A stretch of DNA of 64,000 nucleotides from Candidatus Bathyarchaeota archaeon (GCA_963702095.1 OY969706.1:480001-544000); one strand, 5' to 3'; positions 10,522-21,038 are shown, counted from the first letter of the stretch. Notes: generated by a model from the sequence alone, not told the origin. Program-made: numbers and translations.

Positions 10522-11208
10522 TTAGGCGTGTTTTTCGCTTATTTTGCCGTCGTTTAACAGCAGCATCCGCTCGGTGTGCGCGGCAACTTGCTCGTCATGC
10601 GTCACCATTATGATGGTTGTGCCTTGTTTACGGTTAAGCTCCCAGAGCAGCTTCACGATTTCTTCTTTGTTGCTCTTGTCAAGGTTGCCTGTGGGTTCGT
10701 CAGCTAAGATGATGGCGGGGTCGTTGGCTACGGCGCGTGCGATGGCGACACGTTGCTGCTCGCCCTGGCTGAGCCGCTGGGGCCGGTGCTGTTCCCGCCC
10801 CGATAACCCCACGGTGGCGAGCAACTCCAGCGCCCTCTGCCTGCGCTGTCCCTTGAATTTGCCTGCCAACTCCATGGCTAACTCGACGTTTTCTTTAGCG
10901 TTGAGGTAGGGGAGGAGGTTGAAGTTTTGGAATATGAAGCCGATTTTGTCTCTGCGTACCTTGTAGAGCCGCGATTCAGGTTGCCGTGCGATGTCTAAGC
11001 CGTCGATGAGGATTTTGCCTTTGGTGGGTTTGTCGATGCAGCCGATGATGTTTAGCAGGGTGGTTTTGCCGCTGCCCGATGGTCCCATGATGGCGGTGAA
11101 TTCGCCACGTTGCACTTCGAGGTTTAAGTCGGTTAAGGGTTGCACTTCCCGTTTGCCAAGCCGGTAGGTTTTGGTTAGATGCTCGATTTGCAGGACTGGT
11201 TTATTCAT
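10522..11208 (-). CDS. ABC transporter ATP-binding protein (MacB/LolD type)
   Basis: GPSGSGKTT, LSQGEQQR, ILADEPTGNLD, VTHD. Confidence 0.93.
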   Translation of the reverse strand: MNKPVLQIEHLTKTYRLGKREVQPLTDLNLEVQRGEFTAIMGPSGSGKTTLLNIIGCIDKPTKGKILIDGLDIARQPESRLYKVRRDKIGFIFQNFNLLPYLNAKENVELAMELAGKFKGQRRQRALELLATVGLSGREQHRPQRLSQGEQQRVAIARAVANDPAIILADEPTGNLDKSNKEEIVKLLWELNRKQGTTIIMVTHDEQVAAHTERMLLLNDGKISEKHA

Positions 11209-12505
11209 AGCGCATTGCCTCCGCTGGTCTGATTCTGGCTGCTCTCCAAGCCGGATACAGCGTTCCAAGCGCCCCTAGCAACACTGCAACGCCTAAGCCA
11301 AGCAACACCATCTCAGGCGTCATAGCGACGGCGATGGGCTCCGATATCAAGTGTCCATCCGCTGACATGACAAGGTCGGCTCCGAACAGGTTCAGCCGCG
11401 GCAGCAACAACGACGCCAACGAAGTCGCCACCACCGAGCCGACAGCGATGCCAACTGCACCGGCGATGAGGCTAAGTAGGGTGCCTTCAACCAAAAACTG
11501 CCCCAGAATAGTGCTGCTGCTTGCGCCCATAGCTTTGAGGGTGCCGATTTCTTTGGTCCGCTCCCGCACCGTGTAGAGCATTATGAAGAGCACAATCACG
11601 CAGTCAGCAACCACCACTACACCCATCTCCACCAAAGCAGTGCTCTGCACCTGGTTAAAAGTGGTCTGCGCCTGAGTTATCTGCTGGTCAACGAGCTGCT
11701 GGGTTTGCTGCGCTGCATCGATTAGGGATTTGGCGGTTATTACTTCGAGGTCGGGGTAGGCTTTTTTGATGTCGCTCTCAACGGTGCCTACATTTTCGAC
11801 GCTGTTTACGAAGACTTTGAATTCATAGGCTTTTCCAGTCGAGTTGGTGATGGTTTGGGCTTCACCTATGCTCATGTAGGCGGCGGTCATGTTGTAGGCG
11901 TCTAATCCCTGAATGCCCACAACTTGGAAGTTTTCTCCCAAAATCTCAACACGGTCGCCTACGCCAACGCCGAAAAGCTCTGCCGCCCGCTCCTGCAAGA
12001 CAACAACGCCAACATCGTCTGCTTGTAGGTTTCTTCCCTGGGTTATGTTCGCGGGCAGAATTGAGGGGTAATCTGTTAGGGTTGGTCCGTCGGTGGGTAA
12101 TCCGATTACGCTGTAGGAGTTTTGTTTTTCTGCGTCTGTTTGTAATTGCTGAAACGTGGGGATGACTGCGGCGACGTTTGCTATGCTGGTTAGGTTGGAG
12201 TAGTCGGTTATGTTCATGAGGGGTTTTTCGAAGGTGGTTTCGTTGTGGTTGGGTCCTGCGTCGGTTCGGAATTTGTAGGGTTGGCTGCATTCGATTTGGG
12301 TGGCGGCCATGTTTATCATGGCTGTTTGTTGTTGCATGCCGGCGGAGATGTTGTTGATGGTTTTTTGGGTGGCTTGTTGGTTGGCGGTGATGCTTGGGGG
12401 TATGGAGGTTAGGATTGTGAGTGCGAGGCTGAGTGCGATTATGACTAGGAGGGCTCTGGTTTTTCTTCGGGTTATGTTTTTTGTGGCTCTTGTTAGGGTT
12501 CCCAT
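11201..12505 (-). CDS. ABC transporter permease (FtsX/MacB family)
   Basis: VRERTKEIGTLKAMGAS, YPAWRAARIRPAEAMR, large extracellular loop. Confidence 0.92.
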   Translation of the reverse strand: MGTLTRATKNITRRKTRALLVIIALSLALTILTSIPPSITANQQATQKTINNISAGMQQQTAMINMAATQIECSQPYKFRTDAGPNHNETTFEKPLMNITDYSNLTSIANVAAVIPTFQQLQTDAEKQNSYSVIGLPTDGPTLTDYPSILPANITQGRNLQADDVGVVVLQERAAELFGVGVGDRVEILGENFQVVGIQGLDAYNMTAAYMSIGEAQTITNSTGKAYEFKVFVNSVENVGTVESDIKKAYPDLEVITAKSLIDAAQQTQQLVDQQITQAQTTFNQVQSTALVEMGVVVVADCVIVLFIMLYTVRERTKEIGTLKAMGASSSTILGQFLVEGTLLSLIAGAVGIAVGSVVATSLASLLLPRLNLFGADLVMSADGHLISEPIAVAMTPEMVLLGLGVAVLLGALGTLYPAWRAARIRPAEAMRYE

Positions 12506-12520
12506 GGTTTGGTCTCCTGC

Positions 12521-12613
12521 CTACCATTAATGGTGGTAGCGCTTATAATGCTTACTATCGCCAATGGTAGGCTAAATCAGAAAACAATAAAAACCTACCA
12601 CCCCATATGGTAA
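12521..12613. promoter_or_regulatory. Three palindromic operators (C/T)TAC(C/T)A-N7-TGGTA(G/A) in the divergent promoter
   Basis: CTACCA-ttaatgg-TGGTAG 12521-12539; TTACTA-tcgccaa-TGGTAG 12552-12570; CTACCA-ccccata-TGGTAA 12595-12613. The first two flank TTATAAT. Confidence 0.7.
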
Positions 12614-13082
12614 GCGAGGAAAACCAAACGCCCACCGACAAACACCCCCTCAACCAATACAACCTCGAAGGCAAACAACTCGAAGCCTTCCTACGCCCCC
12701 TAGAAGCCAACATCATCCAAACCATCTGGAACAACAAAAAACGCCCCATAACCGTCCGAGAAGTCCACACCGAACTCAAAAAACAAAAAACCATCGCCTA
12801 TACCACCATCATGAACACCATGGACCGCCTCTACGAAAAGGCCTCCTCGACCGCCGCATAGAAAAAGGCAAAGGCGGCACCTACCTCTACTACGTCTACT
12901 GGCCCAAACTCGAAGAACAAAACTTCAAAGAAGCCGCCGTCCGCCAAGTGCTGGGCAGCCTCATGGACAACTTTGACGAACTCGTCACCAACGCGCTGGT
13001 CGAAAAAGCCGCACTAGACGATAAGCAGCTTGAGGCGCTCAAGGAGAAAATCGATAAAACCCTAAAAGAAAAGAAAAAGTGA
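12607..13082 (+). CDS. BlaI/MecI/CopY family repressor (frameshift near 12838)
   Basis: LE..IIQTIW…TVREV…AYTTIMNTMDRLYEK, then shifted frame GLLDRRIEKGKGG.YLYYVYWP…LMDNF ending TGA 13082. Confidence 0.85.
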
Positions 13083-13089
13083 CCCTGCA

Positions 13090-14466
13090 ATGGTTGATTT
13101 TAACGATTTTTTGGTGCAGATCGCTCAACCCTACTTTCTCTATTCCACCGTGTTTCTCTGCTTAGCGTTTGTGTCCATCGCGATCACCTTAAAATTTAAC
13201 ACCTCCATGTCGAGGAGAAACCAAAGCCTCCTCTGGCTGCTGCCCCTTTGCGTTCCAGTCGTAGTATTGCTCTGTTTTCCTCCCCAAACCCAAATAATCG
13301 CCAAACCATTCGCTCCCGCAAGCCTCAACGCGTCCTGTCCACTGGATGGGTGCAGCGTGCTTCTGTGGGGAACCAACGTTTTCTCCTTTACAGGCTTACT
13401 CTGCATAAGCGGCTTAGTTTTGGCGGCAGGCTACTGTTTAGTCATGATGGTTTTCGGAGGCAAAATCGCTCTCAAACATTTCCATGTGGTTCCCCTGACT
13501 GAAGATGAGTACGCGGCTTTGCAGGAGAAAATAAAAGCAACCGCCCATCGGCTCGGAATCTCTGCGCCAAAAGTCGGTTTAACCGAAGATTTAGTGCCAA
13601 ACGCCTTCACATTGGGCTATGGACGCAGCACAACAGTGGTTTTTTCCTTAGGGTTACTTGAAATGTTGGCGCCTGAAGAGTTGGACGCGGTGGTTTCCCA
13701 TGAGTTAGCCCATATCAAAGCCAAAGATTACCTCTTCAAAAGCTTAGCGTACGCACTGAACTTTGTCGTCTTCTTTAATCCCCTCTCCTATGTTGCAGCG
13801 TCAAGGGCTCAAAGGGAGCGGGAATTGCTTGCAGATCAGAAAGGCGCCGCTTTACTGGGCAAACCCGCCCTGATGGCTCATGTGCTGACAAAGGTTGAAG
13901 CAGTAGTGCAGCAGTTTCCCACACCAAGCTTAACCGACCGGTTTTCCGCAAGCCTGTTTTTGGTGTCTCCTCTTGCGCATCGTCCCTCACTTTTGGCTTC
14001 GCACCCCAAAATATCGCAGAGAATACAAAACATCCAATCAGTCAACTATAAGCCACTTGTAAAACACAAAATAGCTGCAGCCCTCTTCCTCTTAGGCATA
14101 ATTTCGGCTTTAATTTTAGTCTCTGGCTATTCCAGCCTGCAAATCCAGCAGAATTACTCCCAAAATCAAAATGTATCTCCAAACCAGTATCGGGTTTTGA
14201 TGTATAACTCAACAGCGTATGCCATGCAACCCCGAGTGGTGGCTTTCTACTTCCCCAATATAGAAAGCTACAACGAGTTCAAAGCGGGACTCCCCAACGG
14301 CATGAAAACCTTGGTAAATGGCACCGTGGAACTTCCAGACGGCACAAAAATGATTTACTCAAACGTGGGTTTACTCGATTCAACACCTAGCTGGCACTCT
14401 ATATCTGACCCCCTAAATGAGCAGGGAACATATGACCAGCAATCGCTTAACGATGGGCAATCATGA
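13090..14466 (+). CDS. Membrane zinc metalloprotease M56/M48 (BlaR1/HtpX-like)
   Basis: PNAFT, HELAH, RELLAD, SHP; several TMs and a C-terminal extracellular domain. Confidence 0.85.
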   Translation: MVDFNDFLVQIAQPYFLYSTVFLCLAFVSIAITLKFNTSMSRRNQSLLWLLPLCVPVVVLLCFPPQTQIIAKPFAPASLNASCPLDGCSVLLWGTNVFSFTGLLCISGLVLAAGYCLVMMVFGGKIALKHFHVVPLTEDEYAALQEKIKATAHRLGISAPKVGLTEDLVPNAFTLGYGRSTTVVFSLGLLEMLAPEELDAVVSHELAHIKAKDYLFKSLAYALNFVVFFNPLSYVAASRAQRERELLADQKGAALLGKPALMAHVLTKVEAVVQQFPTPSLTDRFSASLFLVSPLAHRPSLLASHPKISQRIQNIQSVNYKPLVKHKIAAALFLLGIISALILVSGYSSLQIQQNYSQNQNVSPNQYRVLMYNSTAYAMQPRVVAFYFPNIESYNEFKAGLPNGMKTLVNGTVELPDGTKMIYSNVGLLDSTPSWHSISDPLNEQGTYDQQSLNDGQS

Positions 14467-14517
14467 TAAAAGGCAAATATAAGCACCAACAACATTTCCT
14501 TTTGGAGACTAACTCTG

Positions 14518-15549
14518 TTGGATGAGGCAAGCAAGAAAACGTTTGCAGAAGCATTCTACAGCCGCCAAACCGTACTCAAAGAACTTGGAGAGGCTGGGCA
14601 AGAAAAGCTCGCCAAAGCCCGTGTTGCGGTTGTCGGCGTCGGCGGCGTAGGCTCGGTGTCCTCGCTCTACCTTGCATTGGCAGGCGTGGGTTACATCCGC
14701 GTCATCGACCAGGATGTCCTTGAACCACACAATCTGCACCGTCAAATCCTCTACACGCCGGGTGACCTCCACTACCCCAAAGCTGAAGCCGCGGCCAAAA
14801 CACTCCAAAAGCACAATCCACTGATAGAGGTGGAGGCGGTTTCGGAGAACGTAAACGCGGGGAACGTAGAGAGGCTCCTAAGTGGCGTTGACGTGGTAGT
14901 GGATGGTTTAGACAACATGCCAACCCGACAGCTTGTCAACCGCGCCTGCGTAAAGCTGGGGGTCCCCTACGTTTTCGGCGCCGCAGTCGGCTTAGAAGGC
15001 AACCTCTCTGTGTTTTATCCGCCCCAAACCGGGTGCCTCGAATGCTTGATTCCTAGCGGCTCAGGCGGAGGTGATACCTGCGACACCCGGGGCATCATCG
15101 GAGCAACTGCAGGAGTAATCGGCAGCCTCCAAGCCACAGAAACAATCAAACTCATCGCGGGCATCGGCAAACCCCTCAAGGGCAAGTTGCTGGTCTGCGA
15201 CTTCACAGACATGGACTTCACCACACTCGACATCGCAGAAAACCCCCGCTGCCCAGTCTGCCACGGCAAACCGCCCTCAGAGGCGCATGAGGCGCGGCTG
15301 GTGTGGCTCTGCGGCAGTGACACCGCCAACATAAACCCCCAAAAACCCTTCACACTTACCCTCGACGAAGTCTACCCCAAACTGAAACAGCACTTTGATG
15401 TCCGACTCAAATCCCAGTTAGCCCTCATGTTCACCTACAAAAACTATGAAGTCAGCCTCTTCGGCGGCGGTCGCATGCTCATTAAAGGCGTAACAGACGA
15501 AAAAACCGCGCTCGCAACATACCGTGAGATACTCCAAAAAATAGTTTAA
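14518..15549 (+). CDS. ThiF/MoeB/HesA family adenylyltransferase (E1-like)
   Basis: YSRQ, GVGGVG, NLHRQILY, DGLDN, CxxC pairs. Confidence 0.92.
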   Translation: MDEASKKTFAEAFYSRQTVLKELGEAGQEKLAKARVAVVGVGGVGSVSSLYLALAGVGYIRVIDQDVLEPHNLHRQILYTPGDLHYPKAEAAAKTLQKHNPLIEVEAVSENVNAGNVERLLSGVDVVVDGLDNMPTRQLVNRACVKLGVPYVFGAAVGLEGNLSVFYPPQTGCLECLIPSGSGGGDTCDTRGIIGATAGVIGSLQATETIKLIAGIGKPLKGKLLVCDFTDMDFTTLDIAENPRCPVCHGKPPSEAHEARLVWLCGSDTANINPQKPFTLTLDEVYPKLKQHFDVRLKSQLALMFTYKNYEVSLFGGGRMLIKGVTDEKTALATYREILQKIV

Positions 15550-15552
15550 ATG

Positions 15553-17067
15553 CTACTCTAAGTAGGGCAACTCAACCGTGAATTTGGTGCCCACTCCTTT
15601 TTGGCTCTCGAAACTTATTGTGCCGCCCTGCGTTTCCACTAAACGCTTAACCACTGCTAACCCGAAGCCTTGCCCCTTTGATTTGGTGGTGAAGAGCGGC
15701 GTGAAAACCTTGTGTTTTACCTCGTCTGGAATGCCTACTCCCGTGTCCTCTACGGATATGGCGATTTTGCCGTCTGTTTTGTTGGTGCGGACTGTTAATT
15801 TGCCGCCTTCAGGCATGGCTTGCACGGCGTTGGTTGCCAGATTCAGCAGCACCCGTTTGAGAAGCAACGGGTCAAGCCTTACGCTGGTCAAGCTACTGCC
15901 AAAATATGCTTTGGCTTCAACGTGGTCGGGGATATTTAATGTTGACAGCGCATTAGTTACTACCTCTTTTAAGTTGACGTTAACAACGTCGGGTTTGAGT
16001 GGTCTGGCGTAGTCTTGCAGGTCAGAAACTATTTTGTTGACATAGCTGATTTGCTCCAAGATAGACTCTAACTCTGCCTGAGCGTCTTTTTTTTCATCGC
16101 TGGAAGGTAAACCGTCTAAGTCATCTTTAATCAAATACATTGAGGAAACGATGGATTGCAGGGGGTTGCGGATATCATGCCCCACCATCCCCGCGGTCTG
16201 CCCAATCGTCATCAAACGTTTTGCTTCTTCTTCCTCCGTTTTGTCCTCGACAATTATGATGATTCCCAACGCGGAGGGGTATGTGGATATTTCAAATATC
16301 GACGCTTTCCCCGTCTGGCGGCTAACCGTATTCATCATGAAACGGGCAGGCTTCCTCTGTTGCAAAGCCTCAAAATACGGTGTAACCTCCACCGACATCA
16401 TCTCTGGCAGTACGTCATAGATTTTTTTGCACAACGCATCCTTAGCGGCTACACGAGTAACCGTTTCGGCAGCTTTGTTCCAGTGGATAACATTCAGCTC
16501 CCAATCGGTGGCGATGAAGGCTTCCCCAAAACTTTCGTAGAGTTCCCGGTAACTCTGTTCGCTTTCAAGGACTTTTCTGGTACGCTCCTCCACCAATTTC
16601 TCTAGGTTTTTGGCGTAATCCTCAAGTTTACGTTGCAGAACAATGCGGTCTGTGATGTCAACGCCATAAACTGTTATTCCCTCCGCCGAAGGAAACACCT
16701 TAAACAAGCGGAAACCCGTTTTGGCGTAAATGGTTTCCCATTCAAATTGGCGGATTTCACGTTTCTCCATTGCTGCCCGATAGTTCTCTTCCACCGCGGT
16801 TCCGACGAAATTGGGGAATGTTTTCCAAAAATTTTTACCCAGTATATCCTCAGTTTTCATTCTGAAATCATGCGCTGTCTTCTTGCTTATGTAGAGGATG
16901 TTCCAGTCTCTATCGAAAGCGCTAATGTAATCGTCTATGCTGTCTAGAATGTCCGCGGCAATCTGCAGTTTTCCCCTTTTAGTTAATGGCAAAGGTTGAT
17001 TGGACGCAAATGGTTTTGGGGTTTTGTCTGCTTTTGGCTTGCTTATTTTACCAGAAGCATTCACCAA
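15553..17067 (-). CDS. Cytoplasmic PAS-PAS sensor histidine kinase
   Basis: Two PAS domains; H-box GHDIRNPLQ; N, G1, F and G2 boxes (NAVQAM, DTGVGI, PLFTTK, GFGL). Confidence 0.93.
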   Translation of the reverse strand: MVNASGKISKPKADKTPKPFASNQPLPLTKRGKLQIAADILDSIDDYISAFDRDWNILYISKKTAHDFRMKTEDILGKNFWKTFPNFVGTAVEENYRAAMEKREIRQFEWETIYAKTGFRLFKVFPSAEGITVYGVDITDRIVLQRKLEDYAKNLEKLVEERTRKVLESEQSYRELYESFGEAFIATDWELNVIHWNKAAETVTRVAAKDALCKKIYDVLPEMMSVEVTPYFEALQQRKPARFMMNTVSRQTGKASIFEISTYPSALGIIIIVEDKTEEEEAKRLMTIGQTAGMVGHDIRNPLQSIVSSMYLIKDDLDGLPSSDEKKDAQAELESILEQISYVNKIVSDLQDYARPLKPDVVNVNLKEVVTNALSTLNIPDHVEAKAYFGSSLTSVRLDPLLLKRVLLNLATNAVQAMPEGGKLTVRTNKTDGKIAISVEDTGVGIPDEVKHKVFTPLFTTKSKGQGFGLAVVKRLVETQGGTISFESQKGVGTKFTVELPYLE

Positions 17068-17098
17068 TGTTCTATACCTGAGTAAAGTATAAGCTTCA

Positions 17099-17574
17099 TT
17101 AGAAAAAAACTTTCTTGGACATTTGTAAAAAGAATGCTTGTTTATTGGGGCAGCGTTTGCGCCAAGGCTTTTGCGTCCCCCTGTTTACCCATTGCCGCTC
17201 GAAAAGGTTGCGCCTCTTCGCCCTTATCTTCGAGTTCCGGGGCAAGCGTATTGGCAAGCTCCACTTGGGCGGTCTTGAACACTTCGTAAGCTCCCATGAA
17301 AGGTGCATCGCCTGAAGACGAAACGCAGGCAAACACGCCGTACCCACGTTTTACCATGTCGGGGAGGAATTTTTGGGCTAACAACACTGGACCACGTAGG
17401 TTAACGTGGTAGCTTCGGTCCCAATCCCCAATCGATGTGTCTTTGACGGCGCCCTACACCAAGCCAAACCAATGCCCGAGCGGCTTCCAGTCCGATTCCT
17501 CTTCCGGCGCCGGTGACGACGGCGACTTTACCCTTCAAAGCTCCTTGATTAAAGCTTCCTTTACCGATTAACAT
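17099..17574 (-). pseudogene. Internally deleted SDR oxidoreductase remnant
   Basis: ATG 17574 …VVTGAGRGIG…ALVWLGV jumps directly to GAVKDTSIGDWDRSYHVNLRG; YEVFK (YxxxK); sequence breaks again after ELEDKG. Confidence 0.75.
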
Positions 17575-17607
17575 GTTAACAGCTCACCTTAGATTGCTTG
17601 TTCCAGC

Positions 17608-18951
17608 CTAAAAAAGCTTAAACCCAGCGCATAACTCCAGCCAAAGCACCAGCGAAGCCACCGCCACCTCCACAATCGACACAACGGCGCCCACTTTGAG
17701 GTACTGCCACAGGCTGATGCTGACGCCTCTGCGCCGCATGGTTTCCATCCACATCAAAATCGCCAGCGACCCCAACGGGAAAAAGTGCGGTCCCACATTG
17801 TTGCCGATGACATTGCTAAACACTAAGCTGGTTAGTTGGGTGCCTGTGGCGCCGATGTTTTGGATGCTAAGTAAGCCGAGGATGGTCATGGGCCAATTGT
17901 TCATGAAACTCGCGCCGACTGTTACCACCATGCTAGGGCCGAAAACTCCAAGCACCGAGGGCAACCTGCTGGTGGCATCAAGCGCCGAAGCCAAAAGACC
18001 GGTGATGCCTGCCGACGCCAAGCCCTGCACAACGATGAAGATGCACAGCATAAACAGTACAATATCCCAGTTAATGTCGTGTGCCAATCCCTTGAGCCCC
18101 TTTTTCTCCCCGTTCACGGAGCCAACACGTTTGAGCGTAAACCAGTACACTGCGCCCAAGAAGACTGCGCCGCTGCAGATAACAAGAGAAACCGGCACAC
18201 GCCAAAGCGAAGTCAACACGTAGCCAACATCAACCGCCACCAAGGTGCCAAAACAAACCCGCAGCAGCCCCGTAGAGATCAAGGGTTTTCCGTGGGCGAT
18301 GGCGTCGGCTGCTTCAGGGTTGTACGCGGTGGGGATTCCTTTTCTGAAAAACAGGTACACGATGAGGATGCTGCTGGTTATGGTGGCGACGGCGATGGGT
18401 CCCATGAAGACGAGGTGGTCGATGAAACTGTAGCCGAAGAAGTCGGCGCTTAGGATGTTGATGGGGTTGCTGGTTATGAGGGGCATGGCGGCGGTGTCGG
18501 CGATTAAGCCTGCGCTGAAGAGGTAGGCGATTTTGCCTTTTGTGTCGATGTTTAGGCAGGATACGATTTCTAGGACGATGGGGATTAGGATGAGTATGGC
18601 GCTGTCGTTGGCGAAGAGGATACTGACCGCCGCTGTTAGCAGGGTGACGTAGAAATACAGCTTCAACCCGCTGCCCCCCGCCAACTTCACCACTCGTAGG
18701 GCCGCCCACTTGAAGAAACCCATCGCATCCAAAACCACGGAGAGCGCCACAATGCCGATGAACGCCAACGCTGCATCCCAGATGTTTAGGAAAGACTCAG
18801 CTGCCTGACTCAAACTAACCGTGCCCAAAACCAGCGAAGCCACCGCGCCAATCGCCGCCGCGTACCCCAGCCGCATGCCCCATGGACGCTTAATCATCAG
18901 AAACAGCGTTGACCCGAAGATTGATAGTGCCGCTATAGCGACGTAGTCCAA
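17608..18951 (-). CDS. arsB: ArsB/NhaD-family arsenite/anion transporter
   Basis: ANDSAIL, DTAAMPLITSNPIN, NNWPM, PLGSLAILMW; ~12 TM. Confidence 0.8.
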   Translation of the reverse strand: MDYVAIAALSIFGSTLFLMIKRPWGMRLGYAAAIGAVASLVLGTVSLSQAAESFLNIWDAALAFIGIVALSVVLDAMGFFKWAALRVVKLAGGSGLKLYFYVTLLTAAVSILFANDSAILILIPIVLEIVSCLNIDTKGKIAYLFSAGLIADTAAMPLITSNPINILSADFFGYSFIDHLVFMGPIAVATITSSILIVYLFFRKGIPTAYNPEAADAIAHGKPLISTGLLRVCFGTLVAVDVGYVLTSLWRVPVSLVICSGAVFLGAVYWFTLKRVGSVNGEKKGLKGLAHDINWDIVLFMLCIFIVVQGLASAGITGLLASALDATSRLPSVLGVFGPSMVVTVGASFMNNWPMTILGLLSIQNIGATGTQLTSLVFSNVIGNNVGPHFFPLGSLAILMWMETMRRRGVSISLWQYLKVGAVVSIVEVAVASLVLWLELCAGFKLF

Positions 18952-19053
18952 AGGGAGCCTCGCATGAAGAGACAGGCGATGGCTTCAGCTATAAAAGATT
19001 AGCTAACCAAACAAGACGAATTCAAGAAGACACAAAGAAAGAAGAAAGATTGA

Positions 19054-20115
19054 TTATTTTTTGGGTTGCTTTGGACGCAAACTGCGGACGGTTTCACCTG
19101 CACGCCACATTTCGCTTTGACCCATCTCTTTGAGTTCGTCAGCGAGTTTCTGGCGGTAATCCGCTGCTTTGCTCTTCTCCAAGACAATGCGTGTTTCTTC
19201 GCCTGCTGCAACCAACTCGTAGAGGCTGTCAAACACTGGTTGGGTTGCGCTGCGGAACCGTTCTTTCCAGCGTAATGCGCCGATGCGGGCGGTTTCGCTG
19301 CAGTTGCAGTACATCCAGTCCATGCCGTTCTCGTCTACTAGGCGGATGAGGCTCTGGGTGAGTTCTTCGACGGTTTCGTTGAAGGCTTCGCTTGGGCTAT
19401 GACCGTTAGCGCGAAGTGTGTTATACTGAGCTTCAAGGATGCCGGCTAACGCGCCCATTAGTGTGCCGCGTTCGCCTGTTAAGTCGCTGTAAACTTCTTT
19501 TTCAAAGGTTGTTGGGAAAAGGTATCCTGCGCCGATGGCGATGCCGAGGGCTTTTGCTCGATCCATGGCTTTGCCTGTGGCGTCTTGGTGGACGGCGAAG
19601 CTGCAGTTGATGCCTGATCCGTCGACAAAGTTGCGTCGGACACTTGTGCCGCTGCCTTTGGGTGCAACTAGAATAACGTCGATGTCTTTGGGCGGGATAA
19701 CGCCTGTTTGTTCTTTGTAGACGATGCTAAATCCGTGGCTGAAGTAGAGGGCGTCGCCAGCTTTGAGGGTGACTTTGATTTTTGGCCATAATGCTTTCTG
19801 TGCAGCGTCGGTTAAGAGGAACATTTTGATGGTTCCTTTTTTGGCTGCTTCTTCAAGTGGGAAGAGGTTTTCGCCAGGTTTCCATCCGTCAGCGATTGCT
19901 TTGTCCCATTCTTTTTTGAATATGCCTTCTTTTTCTTGTCCAATGATTACTTTTACGCCGTTGTCTCTCATGTTTAGTGATTGGGCTGCTCCTTGTATGC
20001 CGTAGCCTAAGGAGACGACGACTTCTTCTTTTAGAATTTTTTGGGCTTGCGCCACACTGAACTCTTTGCGGGTGATGACGTCTTCTTTGACGCCACCGAA
20101 ATCCATTTTGACCAT
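19054..20115 (-). CDS. ilvC: Ketol-acid reductoisomerase
   Basis: GYGIQG, FSHGF, VAPKG, EVYSDLTGERGTL, EAFNETVEE. Confidence 0.95.
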   Translation of the reverse strand: MVKMDFGGVKEDVITRKEFSVAQAQKILKEEVVVSLGYGIQGAAQSLNMRDNGVKVIIGQEKEGIFKKEWDKAIADGWKPGENLFPLEEAAKKGTIKMFLLTDAAQKALWPKIKVTLKAGDALYFSHGFSIVYKEQTGVIPPKDIDVILVAPKGSGTSVRRNFVDGSGINCSFAVHQDATGKAMDRAKALGIAIGAGYLFPTTFEKEVYSDLTGERGTLMGALAGILEAQYNTLRANGHSPSEAFNETVEELTQSLIRLVDENGMDWMYCNCSETARIGALRWKERFRSATQPVFDSLYELVAAGEETRIVLEKSKAADYRQKLADELKEMGQSEMWRAGETVRSLRPKQPKK

Positions 20116-20213
20116 TTTAGTTTCCTCAAGCCAGACAGTTTAGAGAACGAGGTAATTAAGAATTTTGTAGCAAACTCCCAAGATAATACCGAGTAAGCCG
20201 AGAAATAATTGTT

Positions 20214-20450
20214 CTATAGTAGCTTCAACCGTTTTTCTATAACTACAAACAACACGTAGGTAGCTAGCCCTACTATTATTAGGGTGACGCCTAAAATCGT
20301 AGATACCGCAAATATGGCGTATATTCCTGCTACTATGAAGATTAGTCCCAAAATGCCCATAATGCCCAGAATAGCCATGTTCCTGCTACTGAGGGGTTCT
20401 TTTTCCTCGTGTTTTTGACGCTTAGGTTTCTGCACTGATTTTTTAGGCAT
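20214..20450 (-). CDS. Small two-TM membrane protein
   Basis: Basic N-terminus then two hydrophobic helices. Confidence 0.6.
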   Translation of the reverse strand: MPKKSVQKPKRQKHEEKEPLSSRNMAILGIMGILGLIFIVAGIYAIFAVSTILGVTLIIVGLATYVLFVVIEKRLKLL

Positions 20451-20549
20451 TTTCTTGACCCGTTGAGAATCACTGGAACAGTCGTTAACTAATAACTTTT
20501 GGGTAGCTAAAGTACAAAAGGCTAAAAACAAAAGGGTCTACTGTACTTT

Positions 20550-21038
20550 ATGGGTTCTGCATTTACCCCCGACCAAATTGCGCCCTGCGGCATGAACTGC
20601 GGCATCTGCAAAGCCTACCTTGCGTATTCACGCGGCGTCCCCACAAAGAAGGGGCAAGTATCCCATTGTTCTGGCTGCCGTGTCAGAGGCAAAAACTGTG
20701 CGTTTGTCAAACGGGGCTGCCCAAGAAAGGTTGGCAAAGAACTCGATTCCTGCACTGAATGCCCCGACATGCCCTGCCCACGCTTAGCCAAACTAGACGC
20801 CCATTACCATGCACGTTACAGCATGAGTATGATAGAAAACCTCAATTTGATCAAAGAGAAGGGCATGGATGAGTTTCTCAAAAGCCAAACCGAAAAGTAC
20901 CGTTGCCCAAGCTGCAGCGATGTCGTGTCGGTACATGATGGAAAATGTTACGCTTGCGGTTATCAGGTTGAAAAGCCCATGCAGAAAGTCGGTAAAACCC
21001 AATGGGATAATGCGCGGTGGGTGCCCGATCGAAAATAG
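20550..21038 (+). CDS. DUF3795-like Cys-rich (Fe-S/Zn) protein
   Basis: APCGMNCGIC, CSGC, CTECPDMPC, CPSC…CYAC. Confidence 0.8.
   Translation: MGSAFTPDQIAPCGMNCGICKAYLAYSRGVPTKKGQVSHCSGCRVRGKNCAFVKRGCPRKVGKELDSCTECPDMPCPRLAKLDAHYHARYSMSMIENLNLIKEKGMDEFLKSQTEKYRCPSCSDVVSVHDGKCYACGYQVEKPMQKVGKTQWDNARWVPDRK

Noticed and set aside
17608-18951. Arsenic-resistance operon
   Set aside because: No arsR, arsC or arsA adjacent; a lone transporter of uncertain specificity
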